Shown here in pieces: positions 1 through 6,452 of a stretch of DNA of 64,000 nt. The notes beneath the pieces were generated by a model. It was not told where the DNA came from, did no database searches, and saw only the letters and a program-made list of their open reading frames with translations. The number at the start of each line of letters is the position of its first letter. The first letter of the stretch is position 1. The DNA is from a virus (taxonomy: Duplodnaviria > Caudoviricetes), in the IMG/VR virus record IMGVR_UViG_3300017784_005363, positions 1 to 64,000 of that record; one strand, given 5' to 3'. The translations under genes were made by a program, and so were the position numbers.

Positions 1-121
1 CTTCTGGTAAATCAACTAATGGTTGATACTTAGTAATTATACTTTTAGCCATTATGACACCTATCATAATACTGCCAAGGATTACTGTAAATATAACAGT
101 AAGATAATAAAATGTTTTCAT
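1..121 (-). CDS. Small membrane protein, N-terminal part (runs off the window edge)
   Basis: Not in the ORF track. ATG at 121 reads MKTFYYLTVIFTVILGSIMIGVIMAKSIITKYQPLVDLPE, open to position 1. It has a hydrophobic N-terminus and carries the same upstream motif as the neighbouring genes. Confidence 0.6.
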   Translation of the reverse strand, partial: MKTFYYLTVIFTVILGSIMIGVIMAKSIITKYQPLVDLPE

Positions 122-126
122 AATTT

Positions 127-141
127 AAGTTTTAGCTATTA
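127..141 (-). repeat. Motif A proximal box, copy 1 (+ strand AAGTTTTAGCTATTA)
   Basis: Identical to 1603-1617 and one mismatch from 1231-1245; 5 nt upstream of the ATG at 121. Confidence 0.8.
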
Positions 142-450
142 TAAAAGTTAATAAATATAATAAGACTCTCAGCAGGTTTTTCAACCAATAATATAAATAT
201 TATCTAGCAGGACTGAGAGTCTATTATGCACCTATGTCAAGATGTAATGGGATATAATGAATAAAGGTCCTATCATATAAATATCAGCTTATATGAAAAG
301 ATTCTAGGCAAATGCTCAACTCCTTAAAATGGTGTACACTACAAATGAATGAAGTGTAACCCAGAGACTACTGATATGTAATAGATACATTTTGTATGAC
401 CCTCTTTTGTCAGGTTTATTCATTATAAATTGTTTATACTTAATAGTATA

Positions 451-642
451 TTAGTAGCATTGAGAGGATTCACACCTCCAACTTAGGCTGATGTTTTGGA
501 TGCCCACGTTATAATATTTAACTACAATGCTTATATGGTAAACAGCACTTCTCCTCTTATTTTTGTAGTTGTCGAGGATATAGAAGTACTGTTTGTGTAG
601 TTGTATTAAGTTACCTGCACACTCATGAGTAACAGACATCAT
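451..642 (-). CDS. Hypothetical protein (63 aa)
   Basis: ATG-initiated ORF on the same strand as its neighbours; no recognisable motif. Confidence 0.35.
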   Translation of the reverse strand: MMSVTHECAGNLIQLHKQYFYILDNYKNKRRSAVYHISIVVKYYNVGIQNISLSWRCESSQCY

Positions 643-887
643 TTTAAGTGAACCAAATATATACCTCCAGCGCTGAACTGAGTATATAACAAAGGGCTGA
701 TGACTTAGGGGTTGTACTATAATTATTCAATATAATTGCCCACTGACAATTAACAACTTTGTTGTGTAAATTCTTGAATATAATAGTATTATAATGATTT
801 AATGTAAATTATTAGTTTACTGAATAAACTCTTCTTTTTTGTATTATTAAATACAATAAGGCTTGGTAAATAGTATGGTGTCATAAT

Positions 888-1217
888 CTATTTTATTAAA
901 TTAAATGATTTTTCTAATGCAACTTCTAATGCATCTTCATATGTTTTGAATGCTGTATTAGCTATCCAATTACTAAATAATTCAGCAAATCCATCATGTT
1001 TAGAAGATAATGTATCAAAATGAATATCATTTAATTTCTTCTTAGTAATATAATAGTAAGCTACATTTAAGCCATAACCATTTGATAACTGAATATCTAC
1101 AATAATATGAATATTATGTTGTTCTCTAAACCATTTTTGAAGACCTGATTGAGTAATAATATTATAGATGTTATGTTTTTTAGCTAACATATCTGAGGTT
1201 TTTGTTGTAAGTACCAT
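888..1217 (-). CDS. Hypothetical phage protein (109 aa)
   Basis: Contains LQKWFREQHNIHI and C-terminal TYEDALEVALEKSFNLI, a pattern I associate with small Bacteroidota-phage proteins; motif A lies upstream. Confidence 0.75.
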   Translation of the reverse strand: MVLTTKTSDMLAKKHNIYNIITQSGLQKWFREQHNIHIIVDIQLSNGYGLNVAYYYITKKKLNDIHFDTLSSKHDGFAELFSNWIANTAFKTYEDALEVALEKSFNLIK

Positions 1218-1230
1218 AATGTATGATTTA

Positions 1231-1302
1231 AAGTTTTGGCTATTAATAAATATGTTATTGGATTTTAGGTAATTTGGTAATAGGTTAAAAGCTGGGTTTG
1301 TG
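1231..1302 (-). repeat. Motif A, 72-bp bipartite upstream element, copy 2
   Basis: Aligns without gaps to 1603-1674 at 50/72 identity, counted by hand; matches are concentrated at both ends. Confidence 0.8.
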
Positions 1303-1316
1303 ATATAATTAACTGA

Positions 1317-1595
1317 TTACCAACCATTTACTAGTTTTGTAAACCCTAAATCTAATAACATTTCAATGACTATTTCAGTTTCATCAGGTATTCCTGCATC
1401 ACCATAACAGTAGTCCATGTCTATACATGTAACATCACTAAATATATAATGATTAATACTCTTAATTTCAAATTCTTTTAACCAATCATCATCTAAACTA
1501 ATTAAAGAATCTTTAGTAGGTATATATGGTAACTTAATACGTTTCATATAAACCACATGGTTAGTTATGAAAACATGTAATGTAATATCATGCAT
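1317..1595 (-). CDS. Hypothetical protein (92 aa)
   Basis: ATG-initiated ORF with motif A upstream; no recognised domain. Confidence 0.7.
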   Translation of the reverse strand: MHDITLHVFITNHVVYMKRIKLPYIPTKDSLISLDDDWLKEFEIKSINHYIFSDVTCIDMDYCYGDAGIPDETEIVIEMLLDLGFTKLVNGW

Positions 1596-1602
1596 AGTTT
1601 GT

Positions 1603-1674
1603 AAGTTTTAGCTATTATATAATATGTAATGTAAATTTGCCTAAACTGAATAGATGGTAAAAGCTAGGTTGGTG
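1603..1674 (-). repeat. Motif A, 72-bp bipartite upstream element, copy 3
   Basis: AAGTTTTAGCTATTA-N41-AAAAGCTAGGTTGGTG; the 41-nt spacer is the same as in copy 2. Confidence 0.8.
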
Positions 1675-1967
1675 TAGTGGCACACTCTCTTCTCAATAAA
1701 ACACATCATATAATATGTCATAATACAATTTATAATCAGACTTCACAAATTCATTGTAATAATCCACTATAATATGCTCTATAATGAGAGTAATTAACTT
1801 CTTTAATATTACTATACTTTAAAATATCTTAATACTACACCATAACCCAGCTCTTTTATATCTACCTAATTCATTCTATTTCATCAATCTTATAATCTAA
1901 CATATATAGATAGATATTAGATATTAATTAACTAAGACTAAATAAAAAAATAATCAGTGTTTACTAA

Positions 1968-1994
1968 TTCCAAAAATTAGTGAGGGTTTTTAAG
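1968..1994 (-). repeat. Motif B, 27-bp repeat, copy 1 (TTCCAAAAATTAGTGAGGGTTTTTAAG)
   Basis: Ungapped match to 2426-2452 and 2854-2880. Confidence 0.85.
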
Positions 1995-2009
1995 AAGAGA
2001 TTAATAAAG

Positions 2010-2040
2010 AAAAGAATAAAGGGGAACACTAATGCTCCCC
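2010..2040 (-). terminator. Intrinsic terminator after the 113-aa gene
   Basis: GGGGAGCA-TTAG-TGTTCCCC hairpin followed by TTTATTCTTTT on the minus strand, 10 nt after the stop codon. Confidence 0.75.
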
Positions 2041-2049
2041 AATATATAT

Positions 2050-2391
2050 TTAGAATAAATCCTCAACAGATAATCTTTCTGTAGAAGTTCCAACTAATTT
2101 CATTCTTTTTTCTCCATCTGCATTTTCAACTTCAGCAATTTGAAGTTTAGAGAAGAAGCCTTTGACAATCAAATCACCAGCTTTCTGAGTTTCACCAGAA
2201 GCTTTAGAGAAATAGATATTTTCAGCAACATTCTTGTCATCAATGAATGTTACATAAGGATAGCCATTAGCATTGGCTCTTACTGCTTTATGAACTGATA
2301 CAAAGTTTCTTTGTTTCATAAAGTTTTGAACTGGAATTGTTACTAAAGTGTTAGTTAATTCTTGTTTTGCAATAGTGTTTTCTGTTGACAT
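2050..2391 (-). CDS. Conserved-looking crAss-like protein, possibly ssDNA-binding (113 aa)
   Basis: Beta-rich, with NGYPYVTF and NIYFSK motifs. It has its own upstream repeat and terminator. The SSB-like call is from recollection of small crAss-like SSB candidates and is unverified. Confidence 0.5.
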   Translation of the reverse strand: MSTENTIAKQELTNTLVTIPVQNFMKQRNFVSVHKAVRANANGYPYVTFIDDKNVAENIYFSKASGETQKAGDLIVKGFFSKLQIAEVENADGEKRMKLVGTSTERLSVEDLF

Positions 2392-2425
2392 GATAAATGT
2401 GATTTAGTTAAATGGAATACTATTA

Positions 2426-2452
2426 TTCCCAACATTAGTGTGGGTTTTTAAG
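2426..2452 (-). repeat. Motif B, copy 2 (TTCCCAACATTAGTGTGGGTTTTTAAG)
   Basis: 34 nt upstream of the ATG at 2391. Confidence 0.85.
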
Positions 2453-2572
2453 ATAGCTTAATGGATTTAAAGAAAAGCTAATTGCTCTTCTTTGTTAATG
2501 TTGAGTAGATGAACTCATCCATCTTCTCTTCATCAAGTCTAATAAACTGTGCTAATGACATAGGTAGTATAT

Positions 2573-2806
2573 TTATTGGTTAGTATTCAGTTGTTGCCTA
2601 ATGTAATAGATGCCTAATAGGCTAATGCCTAATATGATTATAATATTACATGAGTTGTATATCATCATTTCTTCTTGTGTCAGAGGAAGACAATCAATAC
2701 AATCATTACATGATGATGTAGAATTGAATAGATATAGTATCAATGATGAGTAGAACATAGCAATTGATAGGATAGAGACAGACAATATTTTTAAGTATTT
2801 ATACAT
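2573..2806 (-). CDS. Small two-TM membrane protein with a Cys-rich loop (77 aa)
   Basis: Two hydrophobic segments flank SCNDCIDC. Confidence 0.65.
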   Translation of the reverse strand: MYKYLKILSVSILSIAMFYSSLILYLFNSTSSCNDCIDCLPLTQEEMMIYNSCNIIIILGISLLGIYYIRQQLNTNQ

Positions 2807-2853
2807 GGCTGGACAATTTTAGTTAGTATTAGATTAGCTGGGGGGTACTTCCC

Positions 2854-2880
2854 TTCCAAAAATCAGTGGGGGTATTTGAG
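2854..2880 (-). repeat. Motif B, copy 3 (TTCCAAAAATCAGTGGGGGTATTTGAG)
   Basis: 47 nt upstream of the ATG at 2806. Confidence 0.85.
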
Positions 2881-2943
2881 TAGGGTAGGTCACACTTTTA
2901 TTATATTTCACTAAAAAAATTTTCCAGGAAAAAAATTCTACAT

Positions 2944-2967
2944 AAAAAAACCCTTAGAGATAAGGGT
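2944..2967 (-). terminator. Intrinsic terminator in the divergent intergenic region
   Basis: ACCCTTA-TCTC-TAAGGGT (7-bp stem) followed directly by a T run on the minus strand. Confidence 0.7.
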
Positions 2968-3092
2968 GGGAAAATAGAGTTCAACTAAACTCTTAAAAAG
3001 AAAAGTAACCAAAAGAAAAACTATATAGTTATCCTATTTCACTGAAGTGATATTGTATTACTGTGTCTGCAAAGCAGCATAGTAAAACTATG
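2944..3092 (-). ncRNA. Candidate small RNA of about 150 nt
   Basis: Bounded by a TTG-N20-TAACTTTG promoter (3097-3127) and the 2944-2967 terminator. It has several short hairpins and only a 13-codon ORF. Confidence 0.4.
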
Positions 3093-3096
3093 TTAG

Positions 3097-3127
3097 CAAA
3101 GTTAGGCTTTTTTTCTGACAGTTGCAA
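3097..3127 (-). promoter_or_regulatory. Bacteroidota-type sigma promoter, leftward
   Basis: TTG (3127-3125), 20-nt spacer, TAACTTTG (3104-3097). Confidence 0.6.
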
Positions 3128-3203
3128 TAATTTAAATGTTAAAGTTTCATAAAGTTATTAACATTAGTATTTTCCTGGTATTATAAAATAAATTAAAATA
3201 GTA

Positions 3204-3233
3204 TTGTTTATATTAATTTTTTTATTAACTTTG
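3204..3233 (+). promoter_or_regulatory. Bacteroidota-type sigma promoter for the virion operon
   Basis: TTG (3204-3206), 19-nt spacer, TAACTTTG (3226-3233), 20 nt before the first + strand ATG. Confidence 0.75.
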
Positions 3234-3253
3234 CTTCAAATAAAAATGAATAT

Positions 3254-3589
3254 ATGATAATTAAATTTAAAACATCTAAGTCTTGTTTATTGGAAGATTG
3301 GGAGAGAAACATGCAGAAGGAATTATCAGGACCAACCAGTTTAGATTTTTATAGGACTAGTGATTACATTGGTACTGTAGCAGTAGAGATGGATAATGTA
3401 GTTGACTATGAAGTTGGCAGGGTTTGGGTAAACCAGGAAAGGTTTGAATGTGTTTATGCAAAGATGGGAATCGAAGATGATAAGTACACCAGGAATTTAA
3501 TAATTAGTGGAGATGACTTTGAAGCATTATTAATGAAGTTAAGAGATAAAGAGGTGCAAACACCAGAACAAGTATTAAATAGTATATGA
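3254..3589 (+). CDS. Hypothetical protein (111 aa)
   Basis: First ORF after the promoter; tightly coupled to the next gene. Confidence 0.75.
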   Translation: MIIKFKTSKSCLLEDWERNMQKELSGPTSLDFYRTSDYIGTVAVEMDNVVDYEVGRVWVNQERFECVYAKMGIEDDKYTRNLIISGDDFEALLMKLRDKEVQTPEQVLNSI

Positions 3590-3590
3590 A

Positions 3591-3944
3591 ATGAAAATTA
3601 TTCAAAAGGCATTTAAGCTAGACAATGATAAGTATTATGAACTACATCTACAAATTGTCAATTCAGTCTTACCAGTTAGACTAAGTGAAAAAGAACTGGA
3701 AGTATTGTCTTCATTTATGGCACTAGAAAAGAATATTATTAAGATTGATAATTTCAATTCTTTTGCAAGGAAACAAGTGAAGATTAAATTGGGTTTAACC
3801 TCAGCAGGACTGAGTAACCATTTAAGGTCGATGATTGATAAAGGATTTTTATCTAAAGATGAGATGAGTGGATTAATTACGATAAAGCATTTTTTAATCC
3901 CAGAAGAAGATGGGCAAGGTTATCAATTTAAAATAGTGAAATAA
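3591..3944 (+). CDS. Winged-helix DNA-binding protein (117 aa)
   Basis: LSEKELEVLSSF...KLGLTSAGLSNHLRSMIDKGFL fits an HTH plus wing pattern. Confidence 0.65.
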   Translation: MKIIQKAFKLDNDKYYELHLQIVNSVLPVRLSEKELEVLSSFMALEKNIIKIDNFNSFARKQVKIKLGLTSAGLSNHLRSMIDKGFLSKDEMSGLITIKHFLIPEEDGQGYQFKIVK

Positions 3945-4162
3945 TGGCAAATGAAAAAACAGAAAAACCGATGATTATTTATGATATGGTTTCTTTACCA
4001 GATTTAGACCCAGCAGATTTTATTACTATTAGAGATTTATTCAGAGCTTTTCAAAAAGAAAAATTAGTATTATGGGACAGTTCAAAAGGTGGAAATGAAC
4101 CACAAGTTATTCCACCAGGAGATTATAAAATTAAAGATGTGAATAATGAAGAAGATAAGTAA
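3944..4162 (+). CDS. Hypothetical protein (72 aa)
   Basis: TAATG overlap with the upstream gene. Confidence 0.7.
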   Translation: MANEKTEKPMIIYDMVSLPDLDPADFITIRDLFRAFQKEKLVLWDSSKGGNEPQVIPPGDYKIKDVNNEEDK

Positions 4163-4469
4163 TGAAGATTTGATAACTGAGTTTCACGCTAAATCTACAA
4201 ATAGTTATCCTGGTATTACTTTTGAACAAGGGAAAGATATTTGTATGACTCCTTGGAAATTTTTAAAAGAAGAAATGGAAAATGGTGAATTATCAGAAGT
4301 TAGATTTAAATACTTTGGTACATTTCAAGTTTATTGTGGTAGAGCTGAAATAATGTTGAGCAACTTAAAGGAAAGGTTTAAGATAAACAAAATTAAAAGA
4401 GAAGAGTTTTTTAGGATAAAAGACATGTTAGATAATTTTTTAAAAAAACAAAAAAATGGCACAAATTAA
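4146..4469 (+). CDS. IHF/HU-like DNA-binding protein (107 aa)
   Basis: Helical N-terminus followed by EVRFKYFGTFQV, resembling the HU/IHF beta-arm motif; IHF-like genes are typical of crAss-like virion modules. Confidence 0.65.
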   Translation: MKKISNEDLITEFHAKSTNSYPGITFEQGKDICMTPWKFLKEEMENGELSEVRFKYFGTFQVYCGRAEIMLSNLKERFKINKIKREEFFRIKDMLDNFLKKQKNGTN

Positions 4470-4800
4470 TTTAAAAAACATTATAGCTTTTATTCAAGGA
4501 AATTTTAGGTACAAATTTTATTATACAAATTATAATTTTTTTATTCCACTACATATTAGGGAACAAATAGATTTGAGAATAGAATGCATGAACCAGGAAT
4601 GTTTTGAGAATGGAAGTTGTAAAGAATGTGGTTGTAGGACAACTCATTTACAAATGGCTAATAAGAAATGTGATGGAGATTGTTACCCTCATATGGTGGG
4701 AAGAAGTAAATGGAAATATATGAAAGGTGGAAATATTACATTAGTAGAAGGAGAATTATGGATGATAAAACATGGAGTATTTAAAAAATTATCAAAATGA
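4456..4800 (+). CDS. Cys-rich, probably metal-binding protein (114 aa)
   Basis: ECMNQEC...GSCKECGC...KKCDGDCYP. Confidence 0.7.
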   Translation: MAQINLKNIIAFIQGNFRYKFYYTNYNFFIPLHIREQIDLRIECMNQECFENGSCKECGCRTTHLQMANKKCDGDCYPHMVGRSKWKYMKGGNITLVEGELWMIKHGVFKKLSK

Positions 4801-5093
4801 GTTGGAAATTAAAACATATAAAAGTTCAAAATGCAATAGTGCATAAAAAATTAAATATTACTTTTAATTATATTGGTGAATTAGATGAGATTAAATCGAT
4901 GAGTTCATCATGTGGATGTAGTATCCCAAAACAAGTTGGCAATAATATTGTAGTTACATTTAATCCTGGTCCAGTGCCAGTTCATTTACACAGTGTTGGA
5001 CAATATGTTACAACAGGTAGAATCTTTATTAATTATGTAAATGGTGTTAAAGATACATTGAGTTTTACAGCAGTAGTAAAAAATAAAAATTAG
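4797..5093 (+). CDS. Small Ig-like protein resembling DUF1573 (98 aa)
   Basis: Beta-rich with the SSSCGCS motif characteristic of DUF1573. Confidence 0.6.
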   Translation: MSWKLKHIKVQNAIVHKKLNITFNYIGELDEIKSMSSSCGCSIPKQVGNNIVVTFNPGPVPVHLHSVGQYVTTGRIFINYVNGVKDTLSFTAVVKNKN

Positions 5094-5096
5094 ATT

Positions 5097-5639
5097 ATGG
5101 CAGATGTTAGAATATTAGCACCATTCATTTTAAAATGGGAAGGTGGATTTGTAAATCATCCAAGTGACCCAGGTGGGGCAACAAACAAAGGAGTAACAAT
5201 AGCAGTGTGGAAAAAGCAGGGATATGATAAAGATGGTGATGGAGATATTGATGTAGCTGACTTAAAGTTAATTACAAAAGAAGATGCCACTAAAATCTTA
5301 AAATCGAATTATTGGGGTAGATGGTTTGCGGACCAAATCAAATCACAAGCAGTAGCAAATACGTTAGTTGACTGGGTTTGGGGTTCTGGAGCATGGGGAA
5401 TTAAAATTCCACAAAGAATATTAGGTTTAAAAGAAGATGGTATTGTAGGATATGTAACTTTAAATAAACTTAATGAAGCTATTAGAGCTGACAAACAAAA
5501 GTTTTTAGATGATTTATATAAAGCTAGATTCAAATATTTAGCAGATATTATTAGAGCCAATCCTAAGTTAAAAGACTTTGAAAAAGGTTGGGATAATAGA
5601 ATGAAAGATTTAGTAAACTTTAATAAAACATATAAATAA
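5097..5639 (+). CDS. Endolysin, glycoside hydrolase family 108 with a C-terminal peptidoglycan-binding region (180 aa)
   Basis: [20 protein letters not shown] catalytic motif; LQRI-like region with DGIVG; C-terminal GWDNR. Confidence 0.9.
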   Translation: MADVRILAPFILKWEGGFVNHPSDPGGATNKGVTIAVWKKQGYDKDGDGDIDVADLKLITKEDATKILKSNYWGRWFADQIKSQAVANTLVDWVWGSGAWGIKIPQRILGLKEDGIVGYVTLNKLNEAIRADKQKFLDDLYKARFKYLADIIRANPKLKDFEKGWDNRMKDLVNFNKTYK

Positions 5640-5640
5640 T

Positions 5641-6213
5641 ATGGCATTTTTATTTGAAATAAATGGGAAAGCAATTTTTCCACAACCAGAAACCTTACTC
5701 ATATATCCTTTCAAAGATATATGGGAAAGGGATTTGAGTGTAGAAAAAGAAAATGCAATACAAGAATTTGCTTACATAGAGTTTATGACTTCTATGTTAA
5801 AGTCAAATCCTTATAGAGAATACCCAGAAGTAAAGAAAGACGAAATTATTAGAAAGGATGTAATTACACAAATTGATTGGAATCCTGATGAGTTAGTATT
5901 GAAAGGAATGGAGTATATTGTAAATCTACAAATGGATGGTTCAATTACTTATACATACTGGATGTCTAATAAATCAGCTATTGAAAAGATGATTCAATTT
6001 TTTAATAATTTTGATATTGATGAAAGAAATTTCAAATCAGGTATGCCAATCTATAAACCAAAAGATATAACAAGTGCAGTAGCAGATGCTGAAAAAACAT
6101 TAACAACTTTAAATGCTTTAAAAACAAAAGTAGATGAAGAAGTGTATGAAAGCAGTAGAAATAGAAGTGATAAAGTTATTAGTCCTTTTGCAAATCCAAA
6201 TAGTTTAAAATAA
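5641..6213 (+). CDS. Conserved-looking protein upstream of TerL (190 aa)
   Basis: Well-coupled ORF with a helical C-terminus; function not recognised. Confidence 0.8.
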   Translation: MAFLFEINGKAIFPQPETLLIYPFKDIWERDLSVEKENAIQEFAYIEFMTSMLKSNPYREYPEVKKDEIIRKDVITQIDWNPDELVLKGMEYIVNLQMDGSITYTYWMSNKSAIEKMIQFFNNFDIDERNFKSGMPIYKPKDITSAVADAEKTLTTLNALKTKVDEEVYESSRNRSDKVISPFANPNSLK

Positions 6214-6452
6214 TGATAAAAATAATTCAAGACCAAGAAAAAAATATTAATACTAAAAATTTACAAAGAGGTGTTTTTAAAGAAGTAGTAATATTATCAG
6301 AAAATGATTTGAAATTTAATGATATATTACGTGGAGTTTCATGTGATATAATAATTGTACCAAGACAGATAACAGAAGAAGAGAGAGAATGGCTTAATTA
6401 TTCAATATCTGATGGTGTAAATATAATAGGTAAAATATTAGTATTAAAATGA
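6213..6452 (+). CDS. Hypothetical protein (79 aa)
   Basis: Overlaps the stop and start codons of both neighbours. Confidence 0.65.
   Translation: MIKIIQDQEKNINTKNLQRGVFKEVVILSENDLKFNDILRGVSCDIIIVPRQITEEEREWLNYSISDGVNIIGKILVLK

Noticed and set aside
5309-6236. Minus-strand ORFs 5309-5683 and 6051-6236
   Set aside because: Antisense shadows of the endolysin and the next gene, with the Leu/Ser/Phe-rich composition typical of reverse frames.
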